DNA from: Pseudomonadota bacterium
Lineage (GTDB): Bacteria; Pseudomonadota; Gammaproteobacteria; Steroidobacterales; Steroidobacteraceae
Length of the DNA stretch: 64,000 nucleotides
Reading direction: 5' to 3'
NCBI GenBank assembly: GCA_023391335.1
Contig: JAEWBG010000059.1
Span: 504 to 64,503 of the forward strand
The translations under genes and the position numbers were made by a program. A model generated the notes under the pieces. It was not told the DNA's origin. It did not search any database and was given only the letters and a program-made list of their open reading frames with translations. Positions 1 to 10,751 of the stretch are shown here, in pieces. How positions within the stretch are numbered: position 1 is the first letter of the stretch; each line of letters opens with the position of its first letter.

Positions 1-3000
1 CTGCGAGTGCAGCGTTGCACGACCGCATGACTGAGACCACCGTGCTCACAGCGGAAGATGCGCAACGATTGTTCTCGCATGAACGACCGCAACCGTTGCG
101 GACCATCGATCTCAAGGCGCGAGGTCGGATGGCCTTGGTTGAAGCCAATCAGTCGCTCGGGCTCGCGTTGTCCGACGATGAAATCGACTATTTGGAAGCG
201 AATTTCAATCGGTTGGGGCGCGATCCGACAGATGTCGAGTTGATGATGTTCGCGCAAGCGAATTCAGAACATTGTCGTCACAAGATTTTCAACGCCGAGT
301 GGATCATCGACGGCGAGCGCCAGGCGAAGTCGCTGTTCTCGATGATCAAGAACACGTATCAACGCAACTCCGCGGGTGTGCTCTCCGCGTACAAAGACAA
401 TGCTGCCGTGGTCGAGGGGCCGGTTGGGCATCGTTGGTTCCCGGATGTCGATACGCATCGCTATTCGTTCAACGAAGAGCCGATCGACATCTTGATGAAA
501 GTGGAAACGCACAATCATCCGACAGCGATTTCGCCGTTTCCCGGCGCGGCCACCGGATCGGGCGGCGAGATTCGCGATGAAGGTGCAACTGGGCGGGGCG
601 GCAAACCTAAAGCGGGGCTCGCCGGTTTCTCGGTTTCCAACCTGCGCATCCCTGGCTTCGAACAGCCTTGGGAGCAAAATTTCGGGCGTCCATCGCGCAT
701 TGCCTCTGCGCTCGAGATCATGACGGATGGGCCGCTCGGTGCTGCTGCGTTCAACAACGAATTCGGCCGGCCCAATATCCTCGGTTACTTCCGCACGTTC
801 GAAGCGCAATCGGCCTCGAGCGAGAGGCCTGGGCTGCGCGGGTATCACAAGCCGATCATGATCGCGGGCGGCGTCGGCAACGTGCGTCGCATGCACGTCG
901 AAAAACCGGATGTGCCGCCTGGCGCGAAGATCATCGTGCTCGGCGGCCCGGCGATGTTGATCGGTCTAGGTGGCGGCGCTGCGTCGTCCGTCGGCAGCGG
1001 ATCCAGCGCTGAAGATTTGGATTTCGCTTCCGTGCAACGCGGCAATCCTGAAATTCAACGCCGCGCTCAAGAAGTCATCGATCAATGCTGGGCGATGGGC
1101 AAAGACAATCCCATCGTGTTGATTCACGACGTCGGTGCCGGTGGTCTGTCGAATGCTATTCCAGAATCGGTGGCGCACACGCAAGGTCGTGGCGGGCGTA
1201 TCGATTTGCGCACTGTGCCGTCCGTCGAGCCGGGCATGTCGCCTGTAGAGATCTGGTGCAACGAAGCGCAAGAGCGCTATGTCCTCATCGTCGAAGCGAA
1301 GCACGTGCAGCAGTTCGCAGCGATGTGCGAGCGCGAGCGATGCCCATTCGCAGTGGTTGGCGAAATTACCAACGATGGATTGCTGACCGTCAGCGATCCA
1401 TTGCTCGGCACTGCTCCTGTCGATCTGCCGCTCGATGTCATTCTCGGCAAGCCGCCGAAGATGACACGAGACGTGAAGCGATTGAGCGGGCTGTCGGATG
1501 CTTTCGATGCATCAACCATCGACGTTCGCGAAGCGGCCTATCGAGTGCTGCGTCTACCGACGGTTGCAGACAAGACATTCCTGATCACGATCGGCGATCG
1601 AACCGTCGGCGGCATGATTAGCCGCGATCAAATGGTCGGTCCTTGGCAAGTACCCGTCAGCGACGTTGCGGTCACGTTGAGTGACTACACGTCGTCGACC
1701 GGCGAAGCGATGGCGATGGGCGAACGCACACCACTCGCCTTGCTCAATGCAGCCGCATCGGGGCGAATGGCTGTTGCTGAGGCAATTACTAATATTGCAG
1801 CCGCGGATATCGCCAAGATGTCCGATGTGCGCCTGTCCGCAAATTGGATGGCCGCTTGCGGCGAACCCGGCGAAGACGCGGATCTCTACGCAACCGTCAA
1901 GGCAGTAGGCGAGGAATTCTGTCCAGCACTCGGAATCACGATTCCTGTCGGTAAAGACTCGCTGTCGATGAAGACCAGTTGGAAAGAGTCGGGCCAGCCG
2001 CGAAAGATGACTGCGCCCCTTTCACTCATTGTTTCGGCGTTCGCTCCCGTCATCGATGCGCGGGCGACATTGACGCCGCAGCTGCGCACGGATCGAGGCG
2101 ACACAGAATTGTTGCTGATCGATCTGGGTCAAGGTCGTGATCGCATCGGCGGCTCAGCTCTCGCGCAGGTCTACGGTCAGTTCGGCAACCAAGCGCCCGA
2201 TTGCGAACAGCCGTCTCTATTGGCTGGCTTCTTCGCCGCGATACGTGCGTTGCGTTCGCAACGATTGGCGATTGCCTATCACGATCGTTCGGATGGCGGA
2301 TTGTTCGCGACGCTTGCAGAGATGGCGTTCGCGGGCCATTGCGGCTTGCAGATCGAACTTCCGTCGCCTTTGCACGGAATCGGACGCGCGTTGTTCAACG
2401 AGGAGCTCGGTGCTGTCGTTCAAGTCCGCACGGCGGACCGAGATGCGGTGCTCAACGTGCTGGCTCAGCACGGGTTGCAACTACACGCACGTCCCATCGG
2501 ACGTGTGACGAACGAAGATCGAATTGTGATCCGAGTCGGTGGCGCACTCGTTCTCAATGAGCGCCGCTCGGACTTGCATCGTGCATGGTCGGAGACCAGC
2601 TTCCGTATGGCGGAGCTGCGCGACGATCCGCGGTGCGCACGCGAGCAGTTCGACTCTGTGGGTGTGCACGACGATCCCGGTTTGCACGCTAAGTTGACGT
2701 TCAAAACCGATGACGACGTGGCTGCTCCGTTCATCGTCAAAGGTGTGCGACCGAAAGTGGCGGTTTTGAGAGAGCAAGGCGTCAATAGCCACATGGAAAT
2801 GGCTGCAGCCCTGTACCGCGCGGGATTCGAGCCGTTCGACATTCACATGACCGATCTCGTCGCCGGTCGCGCAAGTCTGAAAGACTTCCGCGGGCTTATT
2901 GCCTGCGGCGGATTTTCCTATGGTGATGTGCTTGGAGCGGGCGAGGGCTGGGCGAAGTCGATTCTGTTCAACGCGCAACTTCGCGATGCGTTCACTGCAT

Positions 3001-3521
3001 TCTTCGAACGCAACGACACGTTTTCACTTGGCGTCTGTAACGGCTGTCAGATGATGTCGGCGTTGCATTCGCTCATTCCGGGTGCCGATCTGTGGCCGCG
3101 CTTCGTGCGCAATCGTTCGGAGCAGTTCGAGGCGCGCTTCAGCTTGGTCGAAGTGGTGAAGTCGCCGTCTCTGTTCTTCACTGGCATGGAAGGCTCTCGC
3201 ATGCCGATCGCCGTGGCCCACGGCGAAGGACGCGCCGAATTCAAGAATGCTTCCGGCCTAGATATGCTCGTGAAGGCGAATCTGCTATCGCTGCGGTTCG
3301 TCGATAACTTCGGACGCGTGACGGAAACCTATCCGGCGAACCCCAGCGGCGCACCAGCCGGACTCACCGGCATCACGACGACAGATGGCCGTGTGACGCT
3401 GCTAATGCCGCACCCCGAGCGCGTGTACCGCACGCTGCAGAATTCCTGGCATCCCGATGAATGGGGCGAAGATTCACCGTGGATGCGGATGTTCCGCAAT
3501 GCTCGAGTGTGGGTGGGGTAG
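1..3521 (+). CDS. purL: phosphoribosylformylglycinamidine (FGAM) synthase, large single-chain type; the 5' end lies outside the window
   Basis: The frame is open from the window edge to stop TAG 3519-3521 (track ORF 15..3521). PurL blocks are present: [38 protein letters not shown], and the C-terminal glutaminase GVCNGCQMM ... MPHPER. At 1168 aa it is shorter than the ~1295 aa of E. coli PurL, so the N-terminus is missing. Confidence 0.95.
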   Translation, partial: ASAALHDRMTETTVLTAEDAQRLFSHERPQPLRTIDLKARGRMALVEANQSLGLALSDDEIDYLEANFNRLGRDPTDVELMMFAQANSEHCRHKIFNAEWIIDGERQAKSLFSMIKNTYQRNSAGVLSAYKDNAAVVEGPVGHRWFPDVDTHRYSFNEEPIDILMKVETHNHPTAISPFPGAATGSGGEIRDEGATGRGGKPKAGLAGFSVSNLRIPGFEQPWEQNFGRPSRIASALEIMTDGPLGAAAFNNEFGRPNILGYFRTFEAQSASSERPGLRGYHKPIMIAGGVGNVRRMHVEKPDVPPGAKIIVLGGPAMLIGLGGGAASSVGSGSSAEDLDFASVQRGNPEIQRRAQEVIDQCWAMGKDNPIVLIHDVGAGGLSNAIPESVAHTQGRGGRIDLRTVPSVEPGMSPVEIWCNEAQERYVLIVEAKHVQQFAAMCERERCPFAVVGEITNDGLLTVSDPLLGTAPVDLPLDVILGKPPKMTRDVKRLSGLSDAFDASTIDVREAAYRVLRLPTVADKTFLITIGDRTVGGMISRDQMVGPWQVPVSDVAVTLSDYTSSTGEAMAMGERTPLALLNAAASGRMAVAEAITNIAAADIAKMSDVRLSANWMAACGEPGEDADLYATVKAVGEEFCPALGITIPVGKDSLSMKTSWKESGQPRKMTAPLSLIVSAFAPVIDARATLTPQLRTDRGDTELLLIDLGQGRDRIGGSALAQVYGQFGNQAPDCEQPSLLAGFFAAIRALRSQRLAIAYHDRSDGGLFATLAEMAFAGHCGLQIELPSPLHGIGRALFNEELGAVVQVRTADRDAVLNVLAQHGLQLHARPIGRVTNEDRIVIRVGGALVLNERRSDLHRAWSETSFRMAELRDDPRCAREQFDSVGVHDDPGLHAKLTFKTDDDVAAPFIVKGVRPKVAVLREQGVNSHMEMAAALYRAGFEPFDIHMTDLVAGRASLKDFRGLIACGGFSYGDVLGAGEGWAKSILFNAQLRDAFTAFFERNDTFSLGVCNGCQMMSALHSLIPGADLWPRFVRNRSEQFEARFSLVEVVKSPSLFFTGMEGSRMPIAVAHGEGRAEFKNASGLDMLVKANLLSLRFVDNFGRVTETYPANPSGAPAGLTGITTTDGRVTLLMPHPERVYRTLQNSWHPDEWGEDSPWMRMFRNARVWVG

Positions 3522-3522
3522 A

Positions 3523-3773
3523 GAAGAATATTTCCACGGAGGACACGGAGAGCACGGAGGAATGGACGCAACACAAAGATCGCATAGGTCGAATACTAGA
3601 GGATTAAGCCATCGGTCCATCGATCCGAGCCTGAAATCGAGCAGCGGATCTGCGGGTGGCTTTCGCGCTGTGGCTTCGCTAAGGCCTATAAATCAACCTT
3701 TGTGCGCTTTGTGTTGCGTCTTATTCTTGGATCTCTACTCCGTGATCCCCGTGTTCTCCGTGTGAAATTCTTC
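3523..3773. repeat. Family A palindromic element (CACGGAG units, 9-nt period), carrying a nested family E element
   Basis: The left arm is GAAGAATATTTC-CACGGAG-GA-CACGGAG-AG-CACGGAG, with units at 3535, 3544 and 3553. The right arm is CTCCGTG-AT-CCCCGTG-TT-CTCCGTG-TGAAATTCTTC, with units at 3738, 3747 and 3756, and is its reverse complement. The element fills the gap between the convergent stop codons 3519-3521 and 3775-3777. Confidence 0.85.
3564..3720. repeat. Family E palindromic element (GGACGCAACACAAAG arms) nested inside the family A element
   Basis: GGACGCAACACAAAGATCGCA (3564-3584) and TGTGCGCTTTGTGTTGCGTC (3701-3720) are reverse complements. The same arm pair recurs at 30031/30131 and as a solo arm at 18229. 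Confidence 0.8.
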
Positions 3774-3774
3774 T

Positions 3775-4428
3775 TTATTTCCAGCCGCCAGCCGCATTCG
3801 TCGCGGCTTGATTCAGCGGCCGAGCAATCAATCCTGATTGCGTAATCGCCACTTGATACCGAGCGCCGTCAGCCATCGGCAAATACGTCGCGCTGCCATA
3901 GACCGCATCCACGAACGGCAACCAGCGTGGATACTGTGTCGAGAGAGTCCATAGATCGATGCCGGGATTCTCGCTCAAGGGATAGACGGTCCGTTCGGCG
4001 CGGCGTTCTTGATCGATATCGCGATAGCGGCCGCTGACTCGTTCCAATCGATATTGCGCATCCAATCCCAGTAAGGTTGCCCAACCGCGCCACTTCAGCA
4101 CGCGCGCGTCGAGTTGCCACTCATCGCCAGCAAGCACAAAGGTCTGCATCTCGCCGCTCGGCACTTGCGTGAGCGTCGCTGCGAATCGTTGTGGGCCTCG
4201 GGCTTCGAAAACGATCTCTGCAACCGGCTCTTCGTGCGTCAGTCGCGCATAAGTGTGCAGATTGGTGGTGATTAAGAAGCCTACTGCAGCTGCACCGAGC
4301 AACACCAATCCCGCGAGAGCGCTTCCTCCTGCAGCAAGGAACCGCGCTCGCACTAACCGCTGGGTCGCAAGAGCCAGGAGCAATAAGCCGAAGATCGCTA
4401 TGACAATGACGACTGCATTAGAAGGCAT
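3775..4428 (-). CDS. hypothetical membrane protein (two N-terminal TM helices plus a ~150-aa C-terminal domain)
   Basis: Track ORF 3775..4467. I prefer the ATG at 4428 (MPSNAVVIVIAIFGLLLLAL...), which sits 14 nt after the hutH stop and is preceded by AGGAG/AAAGG. Hydrophobic segments are VVIVIAIFGLLLLALA and LAGLVLLGAAAVGFLI. I do not recognise a family. Confidence 0.5.
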   Translation of the reverse strand: MPSNAVVIVIAIFGLLLLALATQRLVRARFLAAGGSALAGLVLLGAAAVGFLITTNLHTYARLTHEEPVAEIVFEARGPQRFAATLTQVPSGEMQTFVLAGDEWQLDARVLKWRGWATLLGLDAQYRLERVSGRYRDIDQERRAERTVYPLSENPGIDLWTLSTQYPRWLPFVDAVYGSATYLPMADGARYQVAITQSGLIARPLNQAATNAAGGWK

Positions 4429-4441
4429 CCTTTCGCAACTC

Positions 4442-5962
4442 CTAGGACGTGAAGGCACCCAATGCATCCGATCCGATCAACCTGGTGAGGATCGCGATAT
4501 CGCGATCCAAACGATGATCGAAAGGACGATAGGGTACGTGTTGCCGGACTAAAGTCTGAACTTGCTGCAGAGCTTGCGTCGTCGCCAGCGGTTGCTGCTT
4601 ATCGACCGCATGCGCTGCGGCGAGCAATTCCACCGCGAGTACTTGGGCTGTGTTCTCGCAAATGCGCAACAACTTGTAACCGGCCCAGGGCGCCATGCTC
4701 ACGTGGTCCTCTTGCCCCGCCGAGGTCGGAACGTTGTCGACGGAAGCGGGGTGAGCAAGCGTTCTGTTCTCTGATGTCAGGGCAGCGGCCGCGACATGCG
4801 CGATCATGAAACCCGATTCCAGGCCGGGCTCTGTCGTGAGAAACATGTTCAAGGCCGGATTGACTCGTCGATCGAGCAAGTCCGTCCGCCGCTCCGACAT
4901 ACTAGCCAGTTCCGCAACCGCGATAGCCAAGTAGTCGCTGATCATTGCGAGCGGTTCGGCGTGGAAGTTTCCACCTGAGAGAATGTCCGTCTCGAAAATC
5001 AGCGGATTGTCGGTCACCGCATTGATTGCCTTCTCGAGCACGTCACGTGCGTGTGCTATAGACGCCTCTATCGCGCCGAATACTTGCGGCATGCAGCGCA
5101 CTGCGTACGGATCTTGAACGCGATCGCAGTTTTCGTGGTCGAGATGAATTGCGCTCTCGGTGAGCAGTTTGCGAAAGCGGCGCGCGACTTCGATTTGGTG
5201 CGGCGATCGGCTCGCACGCTGAATGCGTTCGTCGAAAGGTGTGTAGCTGCCCGCTAAGCCATCGACCGTCAATGCGCCGGTGACGATCGCTGCGTCGAGC
5301 AATGTTTCGGCTCGGAACAAGCCTTCGAGTGCGAGAGCCAGACTCAGTTGCGTGCCGTTGACGAGCGCCAGCCCTTCTTTCGCTTCTAGCGTGAACGGCT
5401 CAAAACCTGCGGCTGCACAAACGGCAGCGCCTTCAAGCCGTTGCTCCCGATGAATAGCTTCTCCTTCACCTATCAACGCCAGCGCCATGTGCGCAAGCGG
5501 CGCGAGATCTCCAGAGGCACCGACCGAGCCGCGCTCGGGAATGATCGGCAGAACGTCGCGGTTGACCATGGCCACAAGCGCATCGACGAGTTCGGGCCGA
5601 ATGCCTGACAGGCCAGCTGCGAGACTGTTCGCTTTGAGCAGCAGCATGCGGCGAGTGAGTTTCGCCTCCAGCGGTTTGCCAATGCCGCTGGCGTGGCTAC
5701 GAATCAAATTGAGCTGCAATTGCTTAACTTGATCGGCAGAGATGCGCTTGTTTGCGAATGCGCCAAAGCCGGTCGTGATGCCGTAGCTGACCTGATTTGC
5801 GGCGACGGCATCCCGCACAACCTGAGCGCTGCGAGACATGCGCTCGCGAGCGCTGTGTGCAATCTCGACTTCTCTGCCTTGCGAATCGAAGCGTCGCAGC
5901 ACCGCCAACGTCAGCGACTCGCCGTCAAGGCTGAGCGGTGAGTTGGCGGCGGCGGAGGTCAC
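4442..5962 (-). CDS. hutH: histidine ammonia-lyase (MIO-dependent aromatic amino acid lyase family)
   Basis: The MIO-forming triad is present in GSVGASGDLAPLAH, along with YGITTGFGAFAN. The selectivity-switch position reads LIRSHASGIG (Ser-His, as in HALs). GTG start at 5962. Confidence 0.85.
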   Translation of the reverse strand: MTSAAANSPLSLDGESLTLAVLRRFDSQGREVEIAHSARERMSRSAQVVRDAVAANQVSYGITTGFGAFANKRISADQVKQLQLNLIRSHASGIGKPLEAKLTRRMLLLKANSLAAGLSGIRPELVDALVAMVNRDVLPIIPERGSVGASGDLAPLAHMALALIGEGEAIHREQRLEGAAVCAAAGFEPFTLEAKEGLALVNGTQLSLALALEGLFRAETLLDAAIVTGALTVDGLAGSYTPFDERIQRASRSPHQIEVARRFRKLLTESAIHLDHENCDRVQDPYAVRCMPQVFGAIEASIAHARDVLEKAINAVTDNPLIFETDILSGGNFHAEPLAMISDYLAIAVAELASMSERRTDLLDRRVNPALNMFLTTEPGLESGFMIAHVAAAALTSENRTLAHPASVDNVPTSAGQEDHVSMAPWAGYKLLRICENTAQVLAVELLAAAHAVDKQQPLATTQALQQVQTLVRQHVPYRPFDHRLDRDIAILTRLIGSDALGAFTS

Positions 5963-5965
5963 GAT

Positions 5966-7642
5966 TTACGCGTCGAGCTTCTTGTAGCGGATGCGGTGAG
6001 GAGTATCGGCGTCTTCGCCCTTGCGGCGACGTAGATCTTCTACGTATTCGGCATAGTTACCTTCGAACCACACCACTTCGCTATTTCCTTCGAAGGCGAG
6101 GATGTGAGTCGCGATTCGGTCGAGGAACCAGCGATCGTGCGAGATCACCACGGCGCAGCCGGGGAAGTTGAGCAGCGCTTCTTCAAGTGCTCGCAGCGTT
6201 TCGACGTCGAGATCGTTCGTCGGTTCGTCGAGCAAAATGACGTTGCCGCCGCTCTTCAGCACTTTGGCGAGATGTACACGATTGCGTTCGCCGCCAGACA
6301 GCTCGCCGATCAACTGCTGCTGTTGTGTACCGCGGAAGTTGAAGCGGCCGACATAACCGCGCGATGAAGTCTCGTAATTGCCGACACGGATCATGTCGAG
6401 ACCGCCCGAAATCTCTTGCCATACGGTATTGGCGTCATTCAAAGACTGACGCGACTGGTCGACATACGCCATCTGCACGGAAGGTCCGATGCGCACTTCG
6501 CCTGAGTCAGGTTTCTCTTGGCCGGTGATCATCCGGAACAACGTCGTCTTACCGGCGCCGTTCGGACCGATCACGCCGACGATACCGCCTGCAGGCAGAT
6601 TGAAACTCAAGTGATCGAACAGCAATCGATCGCCAAACGCTTTGCGCAGATCTTTCGCCTCGATAACCAACTCGCCGAGTCTCGGTCCTGGCGGAATGTA
6701 GATTTCGTTCGTCTCGTTGCGCTTCTGGAATTCCTGCGATGCCAACTCTTCGTAACGCTGCAAGCGAGCTTTGCTCTTCGCCTGACGCGCTTTCGGATTC
6801 GCACGCACCCATTCCAATTCGCGCTCGAGCGTCTTGCGCAGGCCTTCTTGTTGCTTCTCTTCGATTGCAAGGCGCTTCTCTTTTTGCTCCAGCCACGACG
6901 AATAGTTGCCCTGCCATGGAATACCGTGGCCCCGATCCAGTTCGAGAATCCAGCCTGCGACGTTGTCGAGGAAATAACGATCGTGGGTCACGGCGATCAC
7001 AGTGCCGGGATAGCTTTCGAGGAACCGCTCCAGCCACGCAACGGATTCGGCATCGAGATGGTTGGTCGGTTCGTCGAGCAGCAGCATGTCGGGCTGCGAT
7101 AGCAACAAGCGGCACAGCGCGACGCGGCGACGTTCGCCGCCGGAGATCTTCGTGACGTCTGCATCCCATGGAGGTAAGCGCAATGCATCGGCGGCTACTT
7201 CAAGCTTGCGCTCGAGCTCCCAGCCGCCTTTCGCATCAATCGCATCCTGCAGTTTCGCTTGCTCTTCGAGCAGCTTGTTCATTTCGTCCTCGCCCAGATC
7301 CGGGTCGGCGAAGCGATCGCTTACGGCATTGAACCGATCGATCAGCGCTTGGATTTCGCCGACGCCCTCGACGACGTTGCCGCGGACGTCTTTCTTCGGA
7401 TCCAAGTTCGGTTCTTGTGCGAGCAATCCGATCTTGATACCGGGCTGAGGGCGCGCTTCGCCCTCAATCTCGGTATCGAGGCCAGCCATGATGCGTAGAA
7501 GGGTCGATTTGCCGGAGCCGTTTAAACCGAGCACGCCGATCTTGGCGCCGGGGAAGAACGAGAGGGAAATGTCGCGAAGGATGACGCGCTTGGGCGGCAC
7601 TACCTTGCCGACGCGATTCATGGTGTAGATGAACTGTGCCAT
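5966..7642 (-). CDS. ettA: energy-dependent translational throttle protein EttA (ABC-F ATPase)
   Basis: It begins [19 protein letters not shown]. There are two ABC cassettes, with Walker [10 protein letters not shown] and GPNGAGKTT and signatures [11 protein letters not shown] and [12 protein letters not shown] chose the ATG at 7640-7642. The track ORF runs 93 codons further upstream through repeat DNA ([10 protein letters not shown]). Confidence 0.9.
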   Translation of the reverse strand: MAQFIYTMNRVGKVVPPKRVILRDISLSFFPGAKIGVLGLNGSGKSTLLRIMAGLDTEIEGEARPQPGIKIGLLAQEPNLDPKKDVRGNVVEGVGEIQALIDRFNAVSDRFADPDLGEDEMNKLLEEQAKLQDAIDAKGGWELERKLEVAADALRLPPWDADVTKISGGERRRVALCRLLLSQPDMLLLDEPTNHLDAESVAWLERFLESYPGTVIAVTHDRYFLDNVAGWILELDRGHGIPWQGNYSSWLEQKEKRLAIEEKQQEGLRKTLERELEWVRANPKARQAKSKARLQRYEELASQEFQKRNETNEIYIPPGPRLGELVIEAKDLRKAFGDRLLFDHLSFNLPAGGIVGVIGPNGAGKTTLFRMITGQEKPDSGEVRIGPSVQMAYVDQSRQSLNDANTVWQEISGGLDMIRVGNYETSSRGYVGRFNFRGTQQQQLIGELSGGERNRVHLAKVLKSGGNVILLDEPTNDLDVETLRALEEALLNFPGCAVVISHDRWFLDRIATHILAFEGNSEVVWFEGNYAEYVEDLRRRKGEDADTPHRIRYKKLDA

Positions 7643-7697
7643 TCGGTTGGGACTCGGGCGTGATTGGAGGGCGGATTCTACCGGAGGTGGGAGCGAG

Positions 7698-7729
7698 AAA
7701 CGGCAAACGGCAAACGGCAAACGGCAAAA
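7698..7729. repeat. perfect heptamer tandem repeat (AAACGGC)x4
   Basis: AAACGGC AAACGGC AAACGGC AAACGGC AAAAC. It lies 55 nt upstream of the ettA ATG and reads GCCGTTT x4 on the ettA sense strand. Confidence 0.9.
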
Positions 7730-7800
7730 CCAGAACGCAGGCAGCGGATACCTCCATTCGAGGAAAGGACCGCAGCGACGCAAGAGCCAGGACTCAAATA

Positions 7801-7853
7801 CCTCTCCCTCGATGGGGCTCGATGGGAGAGGTCGCGCAAGGCGCGGGAGAGGG
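7801..7853. repeat. CCTCTCCC / GGGAGAGG inverted repeat with a second GGGAGAGGG copy
   Basis: CCTCTCCC (7801-7808) pairs with GGGAGAGG (7824-7831) across a loop that contains a CTCGATGGG direct repeat. GGGAGAGGG occurs again at 7845-7853. Confidence 0.6.
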
Positions 7854-8346
7854 TGGTTAATGATGTTGCGCAACGAGGACCAGGCGAGCCAGCCGCCACA
7901 ATCAATTTTCCGGACCGGCACGCAAGTACATCCTTGTAGGCCTGCGACGAAACACGTCGTGTGTTTCGACGCTCCGGAAAATCGATTCTGGCGTCTATCT
8001 CGCTTCTGTGCCCATGCTCACCGCATCGCCGGTTCTGCGCGTATGCGGAGAGTCGTCCGCTTCACGCCTAAGTTCTTCTGGCGCCACAAGTTCGCCGATG
8101 TGTGCGGTGAGGTACAACGATGCGATTCCTGCCGTTCTCCCTTGCAAAACCTCCTTTGCTTTCTCCTGAATAGCGCGGCATTGAGGCACGGCGGTGAATC
8201 CGCTCTCCATCGCACGCCACTCGTGTGAGGTGTGGGGGAAACGGCCGCTCTCGGCATCCTGCCTCTCGCGGCATAACCCTCAACTCCCAACCGTTGGCAA
8301 TGTGCCTTATGCTCGCAGCTTCTTCGCGGCCGGATCGCAGCGCTTC

Positions 8347-9315
8347 ATGGCAAGTTCGCAGGTTTTACTCGTCTCGGGCGATGAGATCGCGCGTTATGGA
8401 TTTGGCGAAGGGCATCCTTTTGGGCCGGATCGGCATGAGGTCTTCATGCGCGAATTGCATCAGGCCGGTCTCGACGGGCGGATTCAGCGCGCGAGTCCGA
8501 GACTAGCGACGCGTGAGGAGCTGGAAAGTTTTCACACGCCGGCCTACCTCGATCTCGTTCGTGATCGATCCGCAACCGGGCATGGGTACTTGGACGCCGG
8601 AGACACGCCAGCATGGAAGGGCGTGTACGAGGCGGCGAGCTATGTCGTTGGCGCGACGTTGGTGGCAGTAGAAGCGGTCATGGAAGGCCGCGCGAAGAGA
8701 GCGTTCATCCCAATCGCCGGCCTCCATCATGCGTCGCGAGGTCATGCTGCAGGGTTCTGTGTGTTCAACGACTGCGGTGTGGCGATTGAAATCTTGCGCC
8801 ACAAGTTCGGCGTTCGGCGCGTCGCGTACGTCGATATCGATGCGCATCACGGGGATGGGGTGTTTTACGGGTTCGAGTCCGATCCGGACCTGCTGTTTGC
8901 GGATTTGCACGAGGACGGTCGATATCTCTATCCAGGCACTGGCCGCGCCGAGGAAACGGGCGCAGGTGAGGCGCGCGGGACGAAGTTGAATATTCCGATG
9001 CCGCCGGGTGCGGACGATGCGGAGTTCCATCGTGCATGGGAGAAAGTCGAGGCGTATCTGCGTGCAGGACGCCCGGAATTCCTGATCCTTCAGTGCGGCG
9101 CAGACAGCCTCGAAGGGGATCCGATTACGCACATGCGCTACTCAGAAGAAGCGCACGCCTACGCCGCGCGGCGGTTATGTGACATCGCTGACGAGTTCGC
9201 ACAGGGCAGGTTGGTCGCCACGGGCGGGGGCGGCTACAACCGGCGCAATTTGGCCCGCGCGTGGACGCGCGTCGTACAGAGCTTTGTCGAGGCGGAAGAG
9301 TCCGCTACCGCTTAG
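8347..9315 (+). CDS. histone deacetylase / acetoin-utilisation (AcuC-like) family deacetylase
   Basis: Zinc and active-site blocks GLHHASRGHAAGFCVFND and YVDIDAHHGDG are present. I chose the ATG at 8347 (MASSQVLLVSGDE...). The track ORF starts 51 codons upstream. Confidence 0.8.
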   Translation: MASSQVLLVSGDEIARYGFGEGHPFGPDRHEVFMRELHQAGLDGRIQRASPRLATREELESFHTPAYLDLVRDRSATGHGYLDAGDTPAWKGVYEAASYVVGATLVAVEAVMEGRAKRAFIPIAGLHHASRGHAAGFCVFNDCGVAIEILRHKFGVRRVAYVDIDAHHGDGVFYGFESDPDLLFADLHEDGRYLYPGTGRAEETGAGEARGTKLNIPMPPGADDAEFHRAWEKVEAYLRAGRPEFLILQCGADSLEGDPITHMRYSEEAHAYAARRLCDIADEFAQGRLVATGGGGYNRRNLARAWTRVVQSFVEAEESATA

Positions 9316-9398
9316 TCGCGCCTCTAAATTCGCGGCCGCGAACCCCTGCGGCGGACCCGTTCCTGTAGAATTCGCGCCCTTCATTTCCGGAGGGCTCA

Positions 9399-10658
9399 AT
9401 GTTCCCCGCTAACACTCGCATCGCCGATTTCGACCCCGAACTGCAGCAATCCATCGACGCGGAAAAGCAGCGTCAGGAAGATCACATCGAGTTGATCGCT
9501 TCGGAAAATTACGCCAGCCCGCGCGTCCTGGAGGCACAAGGTTCGGTGCTCACGAACAAGTACGCTGAAGGCTATCCCGGCAAGCGCTACTACGGCGGCT
9601 GCGAGTTTGTCGATATCGCGGAGAAGCTCGCGATCGATCGCGCCAAGAAGTTGTTCGGCGCCGCATACGCGAACGTACAGCCTCACTCCGGTTCGCAAGC
9701 AAATGCTGCCGCGTACCTTGCACTGGTGAATCCAGGCGACACGATTCTCGGCATGAGCTTGGATCATGGCGGGCATCTCACGCACGGCGCGAAGGTCAAC
9801 TTCTCAGGCAAGGTGTTCAAAGCCGTTCAATACGGACTGAATCCTGCAACTGGCGAGATCGACTACGAGCAAGTCGAACGCCTCGCACAGGAGCATCGTC
9901 CGCGGCTAGTGATCGCAGGATTTTCGGCGTATTCGCGAGTCGTCGATTGGGCGCGCTTTCGCAAGATTGCGGATTCGATCGGCGCCTACTTCCTCGTCGA
10001 TATGGCGCACGTTGCAGGTCTCGTTGCAACTGGCGTGTATCCTAGCCCCATTCCACATGCTGACGTCGTGACGACAACGACTCACAAGACGCTGCGCGGT
10101 CCCCGCGGTGGCATGATCTTGGCGCGCGCGAACGAGGAAATTGAGAAGAAACTCAACTCGCTCGTGTTCCCTGGAACCCAGGGCGGCCCGTTGATGCACG
10201 TGATTGCGGCAAAGGCGGTTTCCTTCCTCGAAGCCCTGCAGCCCGAATTCACGACGTATCAACAGCAAGTGCTCGCAAACTCGCGTGCCATGGCAGCGGC
10301 CTTGATGAAGCGCGGTTACAAGATCGTTTCAGGCGGCACTGACAATCACTTGTTCCTTCTCGATCTGATCGACAAGAACATCACCGGAAAGGATGCAGAC
10401 GCCGCACTCGGCCGCGCGCACATCACCGTGAACAAGAATGCGGTGCCAAACGATCCGCGTCCGCCGTTTGTGACCAGCGGTCTGCGTATTGGAACGCCTG
10501 CAGTCACTACACGCGGCTTCAAGGAAGCCGAAGTCACGGAACTCGCGAACTGGATTGCCGACGTTCTCGACGAAAATGGCAGCGAAGGCGTCATCAACCG
10601 CGTTCGCGGCAAGGTCGAGGAGATCTGCAAGCGCTTTCCGGTGTACGCGCCAGGGTGA
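9399..10658 (+). CDS. glyA: serine hydroxymethyltransferase
   Basis: 419 aa. The PLP-lysine block [16 protein letters not shown] is present, GGAGGG lies upstream of the ATG, and similarity to SHMT runs the full length. Confidence 0.95.
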   Translation: MFPANTRIADFDPELQQSIDAEKQRQEDHIELIASENYASPRVLEAQGSVLTNKYAEGYPGKRYYGGCEFVDIAEKLAIDRAKKLFGAAYANVQPHSGSQANAAAYLALVNPGDTILGMSLDHGGHLTHGAKVNFSGKVFKAVQYGLNPATGEIDYEQVERLAQEHRPRLVIAGFSAYSRVVDWARFRKIADSIGAYFLVDMAHVAGLVATGVYPSPIPHADVVTTTTHKTLRGPRGGMILARANEEIEKKLNSLVFPGTQGGPLMHVIAAKAVSFLEALQPEFTTYQQQVLANSRAMAAALMKRGYKIVSGGTDNHLFLLDLIDKNITGKDADAALGRAHITVNKNAVPNDPRPPFVTSGLRIGTPAVTTRGFKEAEVTELANWIADVLDENGSEGVINRVRGKVEEICKRFPVYAPG

Positions 10659-10745
10659 GGGAGTGAGTAAAGTGAGGAAGTGAAAGGCGACAGTCAGTGC
10701 TACTCAGCAACGACGTTCACCTCCTCACCACCCTCACTTTCTCAC
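10653..10745. repeat. Family D palindromic element (GTGAG-rich arms)
   Basis: The left arm is GGGTGAGGGAGTGAGTAAAGTGAGGAAGTGAAAGG (10653-10687) and contains the glyA stop TGA 10656-10658. The right arm is TTCACCTCCTCACCACCCTCACTTTCTCAC (10716-10745). 23 of 30 positions are complementary, and the GTGAG cores are conserved. Confidence 0.8.
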
Positions 10746-10751
10746 AATCCC

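Noticed and set aside
4442-5962. Could the MIO-lyase be a tyrosine or phenylalanine ammonia-lyase feeding a secondary-metabolite or aryl-polyene pathway?
   Set aside because: The selectivity-switch position reads Ser-His (LIRSHASG), the pattern I associate with histidine ammonia-lyases rather than His-Leu (TAL) or Phe-Leu (PAL). No biosynthetic genes flank it.
7995-8210. A 71-aa minus-strand ORF (MESGFTAVPQCRAIQEKAKEVLQGR...) in the long ettA/deacetylase spacer.
   Set aside because: By hand count, third-position G+C is about 59 percent, close to bulk composition, whereas a sample of glyA codons gives about 73 percent. There is no Shine-Dalgarno and no recognisable family. I cannot exclude a small protein, but the evidence is insufficient.
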